Shown here piece after piece: positions 1 to 9,027 of a stretch of 64,000 nt of DNA (position 1 is the stretch's first letter; each line of letters opens with the position of its first letter). This stretch comes from an uncultured Verrucomicrobiae bacterium. GTDB taxonomy: Bacteria; Verrucomicrobiota; Verrucomicrobiia; Chthoniobacterales; UBA10450. The position numbers and the translations under genes are program-made. Location of the stretch: NCBI GenBank assembly GCA_963772365.1, contig CAVYXA010000001.1, forward strand, positions 768,001 through 832,000, given 5' to 3'. The notes below the pieces were generated by a model. It saw only the letters and a list, made by a program, of their open reading frames with translations. It ran no database searches and was not told the origin of the DNA.

Positions 1-101
1 AAGAGGCCGTCCAGTCAGCAGGCGGTTACGTGGCAGAGAAAAATCACGGCGCAGGCGTGCACGAAGCGCTGCTCTACTTTGTCTGTAGCGGCGGTCTATG
101 A
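1..101 (+). CDS. 3' end of a probable Cof-type HAD hydrolase (partial)
   Basis: Frame from nt 3 reads EAVQSAGGYVAEKNHGAGVHEALLYF, a typical Cof/HAD C-terminus; stop TGA at 99-101 lies inside a REP element. Confidence 0.55.
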   Translation, partial: EAVQSAGGYVAEKNHGAGVHEALLYFVCSGGL

Positions 102-151
102 CCGTCGCAAACCTTCAATCAAAATGGCGACACTCATAGAGTGCCGCTACA
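84..151. repeat. GTAG-type REP doublet, family A (TGTAGCGGCGGTCTATGA...TCATAGAGTGCCGCTACA)
   Basis: Inverted repeat bounded by TGTAG/CTACA; second copy at 26340-26409. Confidence 0.85.
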
Positions 152-893
152 AATCCGCGACCGCCAGCGCCAGCGGTGCATCGGCTTCTACTTTGCCGGC
201 GAACCGATTCGTCATGTAGGTGAGAAGCAGAACCCAAAAGGAAAGCGCGAGCCCGAACAGTGGAAATTGCAAGGCAAGCGGTAACGAATAAATAATCGCC
301 ATCAAGGGAATCCACACCGCCCACGTAGCGAGCAAGGTCGGAACGATCTTGTCCTTATAATGTCTCCAGGTAAACAGGTCGCCCACCGGGCATAGCGAGA
401 TCCCGTTATTCTTCCATTCATAAGTCAGCACCCCAAACGGCGCGGCGAACAATGGATTGTAGCCAAATTGATCGATACAAATCTTCGCTGCCGCGACAAC
501 CGGCAGCGTGACGACATCGCCGAGCCATGCCGCTTCACTCCGATAAAGAAGATCGACAAGTGACCCGTCAAATCCCCAAACTGGAATAGTAAACGCAAGG
601 TTTCGAAGATTCCGAAAGTTCGGGCGGCCGCGCTGAAAGAAAGCAATGAGGAACAACTCCGGAACCAGCGCGCCCGCACCAATCGACGCGATGATCACAA
701 ACCCGAGTCCGTGTGTCCGTTTATACTCGGCCAGTTGGTTCAATGCCGAAAAGGCTGCCTGGTTCGTATAATAAAGGATAAGCAGCGACAGCATGATCGC
801 CTGAATTGCAAGTGCAGGCGCCGCATTCGCTCGCGCCGCTTCCCAGCCGAGCATGAACGGACGCCGTGATTTTTCCATCGACGATTGGCTCAT
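147..893 (-). CDS. Mpv17/PMP22-like membrane protein
   Basis: KICIDQFGYNPLFAAP and KIVPTLLATWAVWIP motifs; ATG at 893 overlaps the upstream stop. Confidence 0.65.
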   Translation of the reverse strand: MSQSSMEKSRRPFMLGWEAARANAAPALAIQAIMLSLLILYYTNQAAFSALNQLAEYKRTHGLGFVIIASIGAGALVPELFLIAFFQRGRPNFRNLRNLAFTIPVWGFDGSLVDLLYRSEAAWLGDVVTLPVVAAAKICIDQFGYNPLFAAPFGVLTYEWKNNGISLCPVGDLFTWRHYKDKIVPTLLATWAVWIPLMAIIYSLPLALQFPLFGLALSFWVLLLTYMTNRFAGKVEADAPLALAVADL

Positions 894-1780
894 CAAATTG
901 AGACCGATTGCTGGTACAACCCCGGAATTTTTCGCGTACCGATTACGATCCAATAAGGTGCATTGATCATAAAAATGAATAGGAGCCACTGATTGTAGAT
1001 GAACCCGAGTCCCATCGTGTAATCGAGACATAGGTGAAAACAAATCAGCGCGCACGCAAACAGGGCGGCCCAGGCGCGATAAAGCAGCATTAGCGGGGAT
1101 CCTAGCTCGAGAAAAATTCCTAACGCGGCAATAAGAGCAACGATCCAGCCATGGGCCGCGGCGAAGTTGGCGATCGCCAGTTGTTGCTCCAAAACCGCCT
1201 GATCAAGCGTGTTATAGAATGATTGATAGGCCGCTTTTGCGATCGAGACGCCGATCCAGCGCGCTTGATACCCCCACAGCCCTTTGGTCATCATGAGCTT
1301 AGTAATCCCGGCCACAAGATAAACCGCCACGATCGATTGCTGCGACCACCAGATCGCCCGTTCTTCTAAAACGGCCCGCTCTTCGCCCTTGCGACGACGC
1401 CACAATCCGTAAAAGTGCGCAACGGTTTGGGCAAACAAGACCAGTGACACGATCTGCGCGGAATGCTGGATTGCGCCTTGAGAATTTGTAATCGCGTTCG
1501 CGGCCAGATTCACAAAAAGCGCCACGGGCAACGCTAGCCACACCGCGAGCCGCAAAACGTAAAGAATTAGCGCTCCGGCCAAAACGGCGTGGGCGACGGC
1601 AAAGGTGTGCGGATCGAGCAGGAAATGAAGATCGACAATTCGCGCGACTCCATTAGGCGTGGGAATACCATTGACGATCAACCGGGCCGGAGTCGCGATC
1701 CAAACAACCCAGGCGAAGAGAATCCGCATGATCAGCCGTTCATAAAAAGCATGCTGCTGAAGAGGCCGAGTGATTGTCAT
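893..1780 (-). CDS. HTTM-like multi-pass membrane protein
   Basis: VYLVAGITKL...FLELGSP...FHL pattern and several TM helices. Confidence 0.6.
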   Translation of the reverse strand: MTITRPLQQHAFYERLIMRILFAWVVWIATPARLIVNGIPTPNGVARIVDLHFLLDPHTFAVAHAVLAGALILYVLRLAVWLALPVALFVNLAANAITNSQGAIQHSAQIVSLVLFAQTVAHFYGLWRRRKGEERAVLEERAIWWSQQSIVAVYLVAGITKLMMTKGLWGYQARWIGVSIAKAAYQSFYNTLDQAVLEQQLAIANFAAAHGWIVALIAALGIFLELGSPLMLLYRAWAALFACALICFHLCLDYTMGLGFIYNQWLLFIFMINAPYWIVIGTRKIPGLYQQSVSI

Positions 1781-2241
1781 GGATGCCTCGCCAACGTGCG
1801 CGTCTCGAGCCGCAGAGCGCCCGATTCCTGATAGACGCGCCCATAGTTAACTTGCACACCACGGAGCAACTTGCGAGATCTCGGGTGGGCAGCCGCCAGT
1901 CCATCGAGGTAATGCAGGAGTGATTCGGCGGCTCGTTCCTGGGACAGCCGATCACGCTCGGGGCCGGCATTTTGAAGCTTCTTCAACTCCGACCGCCGAT
2001 ACCGATCAAAGATCTTGTCCAGCGTCGTAGTCGATAGGCCATAGCGAGGCGTCGCTACCGGACGTCCTTGCCGGTTTGTGAGATAAAGAAAATAGGTGTG
2101 ATTGGCAAACCTCGAATACATTGGAAAGTTCGAGAACGGATAATTCTCTCGAACCCCGAGGCACAGCAGAACTGTGAGTAGCAACCATTTGAACCTGGTG
2201 CTTCGAAACCACTGGAAGCCGCCGCTTAGCAGGGAGCGCAT
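1777..2241 (-). CDS. membrane-anchored hypothetical protein, partner of the HTTM gene
   Basis: N-terminal hydrophobic helix followed by ENYPFSNFPMYS; overlaps the next gene by 4 nt. Confidence 0.6.
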   Translation of the reverse strand: MRSLLSGGFQWFRSTRFKWLLLTVLLCLGVRENYPFSNFPMYSRFANHTYFLYLTNRQGRPVATPRYGLSTTTLDKIFDRYRRSELKKLQNAGPERDRLSQERAAESLLHYLDGLAAAHPRSRKLLRGVQVNYGRVYQESGALRLETRTLARHP

Positions 2242-2249
2242 GCTTACGT

Positions 2250-2339
2250 TGTCATGTTGAGTGAAACGAAACATCTCTAACTATTTGTCTCTTTTTCTAA
2301 AAAATGACCAGAGATCCTTCGCGTTCGCTCAGGATGACA
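2250..2339. repeat. palindromic repeat family B (TGTCATxxTGAGxGAA...TTCGCTCAGGATGACA)
   Basis: Terminal inverted repeats; relatives at 8176, 44461, 54197 and 58658. Confidence 0.85.
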
Positions 2340-2538
2340 AACGCGGATTGATCACAGGCCGGCAGCCCAGTTTGCTTGATCGACAGTGACGCTCCAAATT
2401 AATGATGGAATGTCCGAGACACTGCCGCCTTGCTGGAAGAAGAACCATTTCACCTTTAGACGCAGTCTTCGGCGTGGGTGCAGGCGCTCTATTATCCGCT
2501 AAAAGAAAGAAGCGAGATTGAGGCATGACAATCACAAC

Positions 2539-3666
2539 ATGAACACAACGCGCCGCCACTTTCTAAAGCTCTCCGCTGCGACCAGCGCAACCGTTGCCTT
2601 AGGCGCAAGATCGACATCCTTATTCGCCGCAAAACCGGCCAAACCGTTGCGGATTCTCATTCTTGGCGGCACCGGATTTACTGGACCGTTCCAAGTGCGC
2701 TATGCGCTCAGCCGCGGACACAAAGTGACTGTCTTTAATCGCGGCAAAACCCATCCCGGTGAGTTGCCGCATGAAGTCGAGCAACTCATCGGGGATCGAA
2801 ATGGAAAGCTCGACGCCTTGAAGAATCGGAAATGGGATGTCGCTATCGATAATCCAACTATGCTTCCAATCTGGGTACGCGATGCCGCTCAGATCCTGAA
2901 AGGCAATGTTGATCGTTACGTGTTCATCTCGACGATCTCCGTTTATCCGGAATCCAGCGAGGGCGTAGACGAGAACGCAGCTTTGGGAAAATACGACGGC
3001 GCCGATCCATACAAAGAGACAATCGATAGTGTGCGCGCATCTGGATTCAAACTCTACGGTCCACTCAAAGCCCTCTCGGAAAAGGAAGCCGAGAAATGGT
3101 TTCCGGGGAAAACGTTGGTCGTTCGGCCCGGATTGATTGTCGGCCCGGGCGATCAAACCGACCGATTCACATACTGGCCGGTGCGAATCGAACGCAGCGG
3201 CGAAGTGCTCGCTCCCGGGAAAATAAGCGACCCGGTGCAATTCATCGATGCTCGCGATCTGGCCGAATGGACTATCCGCATGGTCGAGAATGGTGAGACC
3301 GGAATTTGTAATGCGACTGGCCCAGCCGCCCCCTTTGCGATTGGGGGAATGCTCAGCGGAATTAAGTCAGCGCTCGATTCAAACGCTGAATTCACATGGG
3401 CGACCGAGGAGTTTCTCAAGCAACAAAAGGTCGAGCCTTGGTCGGATATGCCGGTCTGGACCGGCGCCGAAAGCGGCCTTGCTCGAACCAGTATCACACG
3501 TGCTCTGGAAAAAGGCCTAACGCTTCGTCCATTAGCCGAAACGGCTCGCGACACGCTCGCCTGGTTCAAAACACAACCGCAAGATCGACAATCCAAACTG
3601 CGCGCTGGCCTCTCGCCCGAGCGCGAAAAAGAAGTCCTCGCCGCGTGGCACAAGCAGAAATTGTAG
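2539..3666 (+). CDS. NAD-dependent epimerase/dehydratase (extended SDR) with Tat signal
   Basis: TTRRHFLK twin-arginine motif; GGTGFTG; YGPLK. Confidence 0.85.
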   Translation: MNTTRRHFLKLSAATSATVALGARSTSLFAAKPAKPLRILILGGTGFTGPFQVRYALSRGHKVTVFNRGKTHPGELPHEVEQLIGDRNGKLDALKNRKWDVAIDNPTMLPIWVRDAAQILKGNVDRYVFISTISVYPESSEGVDENAALGKYDGADPYKETIDSVRASGFKLYGPLKALSEKEAEKWFPGKTLVVRPGLIVGPGDQTDRFTYWPVRIERSGEVLAPGKISDPVQFIDARDLAEWTIRMVENGETGICNATGPAAPFAIGGMLSGIKSALDSNAEFTWATEEFLKQQKVEPWSDMPVWTGAESGLARTSITRALEKGLTLRPLAETARDTLAWFKTQPQDRQSKLRAGLSPEREKEVLAAWHKQKL

Positions 3667-3693
3667 GTGACGCGGCTTCGTCGGTTACGGAAG

Positions 3694-4347
3694 TCAGCGA
3701 TCAAGAAGTTTGGACATTTGAGAACGAAACAGTTTTGCTCCACCGGAAGCCGGGTGCCGAACGTAGTTCGCGGAGACATGCAACGCCTCAAGTTGTGCGG
3801 CGGCGATTTTTCCAAGAGCGATGGTCTGTTTGCAGGGGAATAACTCAAGAAACCTCTTCAACACTGGCAACCCGGCAGCTCGTTCGGACGCACTCGGCAT
3901 TCGATTACTCAATAACCCGACACGCGGATCGAACGAATGCCATGGAAACGCGTTCCAAAGCACGAACTCCCGCGGTGCTAAACCAAGTTTGAGCAGCGTG
4001 CCCCAGACAAGCGTCGCGGTAGGCTCGGAAAAACCATTGCGAAAGTTTTCAGGTTTGCTGGTCCGACGCGGCTTGAATCCAGAAAAGACTTCTTTCGGCG
4101 CTATGTTGACTCTCGTCGATCCTCCGAGCAGGATCCGCTCCGACGTCATGGCAATGCCGGTGAAGTGACCACCTCGATATCCTAGCGCTTCGCCGATCAC
4201 CGTGATCCGGGCTTTCCCCAGGCGCTGGCTGAGATAAGCTCGCAATTGTTTACGCCGAATCTCCGGCGCAGCGCGGCAGATGTCGTTTTCACAATCAACC
4301 TGCCACCACGGATTAAAAATCGGGCCGGTCGGCGAGTTTTTGAGCAA
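3694..4347 (-). CDS. uracil-DNA glycosylase superfamily protein
   Basis: IGEALGYRG, LWNAFPWH and VRHPASGG motifs; start uncertain. Confidence 0.8.
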   Translation of the reverse strand: MLKNSPTGPIFNPWWQVDCENDICRAAPEIRRKQLRAYLSQRLGKARITVIGEALGYRGGHFTGIAMTSERILLGGSTRVNIAPKEVFSGFKPRRTSKPENFRNGFSEPTATLVWGTLLKLGLAPREFVLWNAFPWHSFDPRVGLLSNRMPSASERAAGLPVLKRFLELFPCKQTIALGKIAAAQLEALHVSANYVRHPASGGAKLFRSQMSKLLDR

Positions 4348-4386
4348 TTCCGAGAATGCTTCGACAGCTCGCGTAAATCGGTCCGA

Positions 4387-4932
4387 CTATGACTTCGCGT
4401 AAACGCCAACCAGAGGACGCTTCGATGGAATCGGCGATCTAAAATCGCTCACGAATCCGTTCCGCGTGCGAATCTCAACGTGACCCGCAGCCCGCCTGGC
4501 GCCATACACCAGCACCGCTCCGACTGGTGCTTTATAAGGATCATGAACCGGAAGTTTCTTGAATCCATATTGGCTCACCAGCTCGCGGCCGGCCTCTTTG
4601 GCGTACTCTGTCTTTGGATACGAGGAGATAACGCGCGCGGCGAGCAGCGCCTCCTTTACGGCGCGCCAGCATTGCGAGCGTGAATGAGCATGGGCTCGCT
4701 CCTGTGCAATGGTCGCAGCATGCAACAACTTTGGATCGATGTTCCGATCAATCCTGGCCAAAGGATGCCTGATCTTCTTTGAGTAATATTTCGTAATGAC
4801 AGATAGCGCCTCGGTCTTGCCGTTCGCGTTCGTAAACGTGAACCTCTTTGAGTTTGAGCTAGCAGCATGAGCTACATTCGCACCCAGAAACAGACAGAGT
4901 GAAGCGGTAATCAAATAGACCGGTTTTTGCAT
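4387..4932 (-). CDS. secreted CHAP/NlpC-like cysteine amidase-fold protein
   Basis: Signal peptide; QCWRAVK and GAVLVY..GHVEI Cys-His pattern. Confidence 0.6.
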   Translation of the reverse strand: MQKPVYLITASLCLFLGANVAHAASSNSKRFTFTNANGKTEALSVITKYYSKKIRHPLARIDRNIDPKLLHAATIAQERAHAHSRSQCWRAVKEALLAARVISSYPKTEYAKEAGRELVSQYGFKKLPVHDPYKAPVGAVLVYGARRAAGHVEIRTRNGFVSDFRSPIPSKRPLVGVYAKS

Positions 4933-5245
4933 GAGAAGTGCACCACATCGAGCAATTCGCTTGCCTCCGCAACTGCTTTTTTGAAGAAAAATCGAGGCTT
5001 TGCACGGATCGATTGTAAATCAAACGCTGCAACTAAAGCGAGCGCATTACGTCAACCATTCGCCAGCGCATTTTTTTGCCTCCGCTAGATCAGTTTTCTA
5101 GCTCGAAGAAGAAAATCCGCTTGCCTGGAGCACGCAATGCGAATCGATGTCGACGTTACATGAGTTCACCACCACAGAGTTTCTGCGATAGGATCGACAT
5201 TTTCGCATTGAATGGCGACCGACCCTGCATACCGTCCGGCGCTCT

Positions 5246-5827
5246 ATGACATTTCGTTATCTGCTTCGGACCGCCGCTGCCGGCACAATCCTCATTCTTG
5301 CCTGCGGTTGCGAGGAATTGCCGCCGCAGGTTCAACGACCCCTGGCCGCCGTTTTGCCGCCGCTGATTCGGCCTTCCGGGTGGTGGAATGATGATGGCGT
5401 TTCCGGCCCACCGCGAATCGTTGTCGATGTCGGCGAACAAAAAGCCTACTTTTACAAGGGCAAACATCTCGTGGGGGAATCGACAGTTTCGACGGGCAAA
5501 CCTGGATTCTCCACTCCGCCCGGCCATTACAAAGTGATTTCAAAAGATAAGGGCCACGTCTCGACGGTATTTGGCGACTACATTGATGATGCCGGAAATG
5601 TGATCAGGTTTAACATCGATCGGCGTAAAGATCGTCGGCCGCCCGGGACACATTTCGACGGAGCACGAATGCCATATGCAATGTTCTTCCGCGGCGGCTA
5701 CGCCATGCACGAAGGATATGTTCCGCCTTATGCTGCATCGCATGGTTGCATTCGCCTGCCCAAGGGAATGGCCAAGCCATTTTTCGACAATGCCCGAATT
5801 GGAACGCCGGTAACCGTAAGGGAATAA
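5246..5827 (+). CDS. L,D-transpeptidase (YkuD) lipoprotein
   Basis: LACGC lipobox; VSTGK..TPPG; H..SHGCIRL. Confidence 0.9.
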   Translation: MTFRYLLRTAAAGTILILACGCEELPPQVQRPLAAVLPPLIRPSGWWNDDGVSGPPRIVVDVGEQKAYFYKGKHLVGESTVSTGKPGFSTPPGHYKVISKDKGHVSTVFGDYIDDAGNVIRFNIDRRKDRRPPGTHFDGARMPYAMFFRGGYAMHEGYVPPYAASHGCIRLPKGMAKPFFDNARIGTPVTVRE

Positions 5828-5829
5828 GA

Positions 5830-6168
5830 TTAGCCTGGAGGCCAGGCCAGTGCGCGTTTCCCCAAGAGGTGCACGTGGAGATGCGGCACGCTTTCGCCGG
5901 CGTCCGGGCCGCTATTGATCACAACTCGATAACCGCTTTGCGCAACGCCAAGTTTACGAGCGAGATCGGCGGCGACCAGCAACAATTTGCCCAATAAATT
6001 GCGATCCTTCTCCGCGGCATCGCCGAGCCTTGGAATCACTCTTTTCGGCACAATCAAAACGTGGACCGGCGCCTGCGGATTCACATCCTGAAAGGCAATC
6101 GCATCGTCATCTTCCCAGACGACCTTTGCTGGAATCTCGCGTTTGATGATTTTCTCGAAAATAGTCAT
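5830..6168 (-). CDS. hinT: histidine triad (HIT) nucleotide-binding protein
   Basis: HLHVHLL motif; TIFEKII start. Confidence 0.9.
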   Translation of the reverse strand: MTIFEKIIKREIPAKVVWEDDDAIAFQDVNPQAPVHVLIVPKRVIPRLGDAAEKDRNLLGKLLLVAADLARKLGVAQSGYRVVINSGPDAGESVPHLHVHLLGKRALAWPPG

Positions 6169-6207
6169 GGCAGCTCGATAATCAGTTTTGCTTAATGGCC
6201 TATCGGT

Positions 6208-6768
6208 TCAGCGCAAGGAACAATCAAGTCGTTCCAATTGACTTGTCGATGTTAGTTTTTCGCGAACGAAGCAAACAATCTCTTCTCGCAACGAGTCACA
6301 GGCGCGAGTCCATGTTTTGACACCGCGCAGATGCTTCACACAACCGTGCAGAGAGCAAAATTGCAGATTGTCCACTCCAGTTTCGAGCAGGCCGGCAATT
6401 CTTTTTTCCAGCAGATCGAAGAAAGCCAGCTCGTAACCGGTCCCCGCTTCGTGCGCGATGTCGATAAGCGAAACACAAATGGGTGGCGGAGCCGGAGTGA
6501 AATGGGGGATGATTTCCTTGTAACCAATTACTTTCAAAACGTACTGCACTGTTTCCGCAAGCTGTCTGAAATCGACCACGTTCTCGTCGTTGCGAAGCCG
6601 CAGGTAAAAGGCAATCGATTCGGTGACATGATCGGTAAGCCACCAGCTTGGATAGCCAGCTTTGTTAGCCGCGTGTGTGATGGCTGCGTGAAGCCAGTCG
6701 CGATTGAATTCGAAGAGCTGCCCTGAATCGCAACGAAGATACGGAAATTCTTCCTTAAACGCGACCAT
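6208..6768 (-). CDS. hypothetical protein in an operon with nrdR
   Basis: ORF from MVAFKEE overlaps the end of nrdR. Confidence 0.6.
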   Translation of the reverse strand: MVAFKEEFPYLRCDSGQLFEFNRDWLHAAITHAANKAGYPSWWLTDHVTESIAFYLRLRNDENVVDFRQLAETVQYVLKVIGYKEIIPHFTPAPPPICVSLIDIAHEAGTGYELAFFDLLEKRIAGLLETGVDNLQFCSLHGCVKHLRGVKTWTRACDSLREEIVCFVREKLTSTSQLERLDCSLR

Positions 6769-7312
6769 GGTTCTTATTTGTTTTTGGCTGAGATTCCAAT
6801 TGTGAACCGGGTTGGGTGGTGTCGGCTGGAAACAATTCTCGCTGTGCTGGATTGATTTTAACGGTCCGGCCGAGTTTCTGAATCGCATCCACAAATTCAT
6901 CGACATCTTCGAACCGGCGATGCACCGAGGCGTATCGCAAATACGCTACCTCATCAATGCCACGCAATTTCTCCAGGACTTTGCCGCCGATCTGCGATGA
7001 ATGAACTTCGCGTCCGCTGGTTTCCAATTCGTGAACGATGTCATCCACGAGCTCCTCGAGTGTCAGGAGACTTGTGGACCGTTTTTCAAAAGCTTTGGCG
7101 ATGCTGGTGGCAAGCTTGCGCCGGTCAAACGGTTCGTGAGTGCGCCGATCGCGTTTAATTACTCGCAGATCCGATCGCTCAATCTCCTCGTAAGTCGTGA
7201 AACGATAACTGCACTTTAGACATTGTCGGCGACGGCGGATACTGGCGCTATCGCGCGACTGTCGGGAATCGATGACCTTGTCATCACGAGACCCGCACTT
7301 GGGGCAACGCAT
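6755..7312 (-). CDS. nrdR: transcriptional repressor NrdR
   Basis: MRCPKC..DKVIDSR..IRRRRQC..RFTTYE; ATP-cone; VAYLRYASV. Confidence 0.97.
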   Translation of the reverse strand: MRCPKCGSRDDKVIDSRQSRDSASIRRRRQCLKCSYRFTTYEEIERSDLRVIKRDRRTHEPFDRRKLATSIAKAFEKRSTSLLTLEELVDDIVHELETSGREVHSSQIGGKVLEKLRGIDEVAYLRYASVHRRFEDVDEFVDAIQKLGRTVKINPAQRELFPADTTQPGSQLESQPKTNKNHGRV

Positions 7313-7333
7313 GGTGTAAAGAGAGTAACTAGC

Positions 7334-7349
7334 ACACTATTAGTTGTGG
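7334..7349. promoter_or_regulatory. putative NrdR box upstream of nrdR
   Basis: ACACTATTAGTTGTGG matches 12 of 16 positions of acaCwAtATaTwGtgt; adjacent minus-strand TTGACT (-35) at 7350-7355. Confidence 0.5.
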
Positions 7350-7406
7350 AGTCAATACTCATTCATTCGGTCGTTTGACTTTGGGCCGCAGAGCTCGAGC
7401 AGATCT

Positions 7407-7745
7407 CTAGCAATTTGCGCTGCGCAATTCGATGATTCGCCGGGTCGCGCGCTTACAACGTTCGAGTTCCCGAACGGCATCGATTTCCGATAGATGTTGA
7501 GCTGCATAAGATGGCCGCGCCGGCCGCAGAGAAACTTGAACAACATCATTGGCAATCGCCGCTCGATGAATGGATTGCAGGTTGGGAGCTTTTTCCGCTG
7601 CGGCCAGCAAACCGTCACGCGTTGCGATATAGGCATTGATTTCTTGCAAAATCGCGCGGGAACTCGTGACAGGACTTATCGAAGGGCGGCGACTTTTTGG
7701 TTTGATAGCAGAACGGGGTGGAACTGTGGGTTGAGTGATTTGCAT
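7407..7745 (-). CDS. hypothetical protein
   Basis: 112-aa ATG ORF filling the gap between nrdR and obgE. Confidence 0.45.
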   Translation of the reverse strand: MQITQPTVPPRSAIKPKSRRPSISPVTSSRAILQEINAYIATRDGLLAAAEKAPNLQSIHRAAIANDVVQVSLRPARPSYAAQHLSEIDAVRELERCKRATRRIIELRSANC

Positions 7746-7869
7746 ACAGTCTCTTGAAGCAACTCACATGCCCTTCGATACCACGCCTTCTCGCCCGTAG
7801 TGACATCACTCGAAGACGATGTAACGATGTAACGCTTCAATCTTGCTACGCTTAGAAATCTCCAAGCTC

Positions 7870-8952
7870 ATGTTTGTCGACCGTATCAAAGTTCTTGCAC
7901 AAGCTGGTAACGGCGGGCGTGGTTGCGTCAGTTTTCGGCGGGAGAAATTTGTCCCGAAGGGCGGACCTGACGGAGGCGATGGTGGCCGCGGCGGCGATGT
8001 AATCCTGCGTGCCGATCGACACGTCGATAGTCTTTCGAATCTTTTTTACGAACCAATCATTAAGGCGAAAAATGGCGGACATGGCATGGGAAAGAAAATG
8101 CATGGACGTTCCGCGCCGGCAAAGATCGTGCAGGTGCCGGTGGGAACAATTGGTTGGGAGGCGGAATCAAAGTCGGTCATCCTGAGCGAAAGCGAAGGAT
8201 CCCGTGATGCCCCCTTAAAGCTTTCGCAACGGGATTCCTCGGCTTCGCTCGGAATGACGAGTGGGGAACCGGTGGTCGATCTTATCCAGGACGGGCAGGA
8301 GTTTGTTCTGTGCCAGGGTGGAAAGGGCGGCAAGGGAAACGTGCATTTCAAGAGCTCGCGAAACCGCGCCCCGCGCGAATACACCGAAGGCGAAGAAGGC
8401 GAGGCGGGACATTTCCTGCTTGAACTGCGCACGATCGCCGACGGGGCCCTCGTTGGTTATCCGAATGCCGGCAAGTCGACTTTGCTTCGAAAAATTTCCG
8501 CCGCGCGCCCGAAGGTCGCGTCTTACCCATTTACGACGCTCCATCCGATCATCGGAGTGGTGGAATTTCCCGGTTATCGCCGCGCGGCCATCGCCGACAT
8601 TCCCGGCCTGATCGAAGGCGCGCATCGCGGGCTTGGGCTCGGTCACGAATTTTTACGGCACATCACTCGATGTCGGATCTTTCTCTTCGTTGTCGATGCT
8701 GCCGGAAGCGAAGGTCGGAGTCCGGTGGAAGATTTACAACAACTGCGACGCGAGATCGATCTCTACGATTCACGCTTGTCAGAGCGACCGTGGTTCGTGA
8801 TCGCCAACAAAATGGATCTGGGCGACGCGAGTGAAAATTTAAAAGCCTTGCGCAAACGATTCCCAAAAATCGAGATCGTCGCGGTTTCAGCCGCGAAAGG
8901 CGAAAACATCGATACACTAAAGAACAAGCTAGCCGACTGGCTCAAGCTGTAG
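7870..8952 (+). CDS. obgE: GTPase ObgE with an in-frame repeat insertion
   Basis: MFVDRIK, SFRREKFVPKGGPDGGDGG, GYPNAGKST, DIPGLIEGA, NKMD. Confidence 0.97.
   Translation: MFVDRIKVLAQAGNGGRGCVSFRREKFVPKGGPDGGDGGRGGDVILRADRHVDSLSNLFYEPIIKAKNGGHGMGKKMHGRSAPAKIVQVPVGTIGWEAESKSVILSESEGSRDAPLKLSQRDSSASLGMTSGEPVVDLIQDGQEFVLCQGGKGGKGNVHFKSSRNRAPREYTEGEEGEAGHFLLELRTIADGALVGYPNAGKSTLLRKISAARPKVASYPFTTLHPIIGVVEFPGYRRAAIADIPGLIEGAHRGLGLGHEFLRHITRCRIFLFVVDAAGSEGRSPVEDLQQLRREIDLYDSRLSERPWFVIANKMDLGDASENLKALRKRFPKIEIVAVSAAKGENIDTLKNKLADWLKL
8176..8258. repeat. family B palindrome in frame within obgE
   Basis: GTCATCCTGAGCGAAAGCGAAGGATCCC...GGGATTCCTCGGCTTCGCTCGGAATGAC, translated as VILSESEGSRDAPLKLSQRDSSASLGMT. 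Confidence 0.9.
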
Positions 8953-9027
8953 GCTGTCCCAATCGACAGGATTTGCCGCGGGGAAATCAGGACCGCCGCC
9001 GTCGAGGAATCGATATGGAACGAGGTG

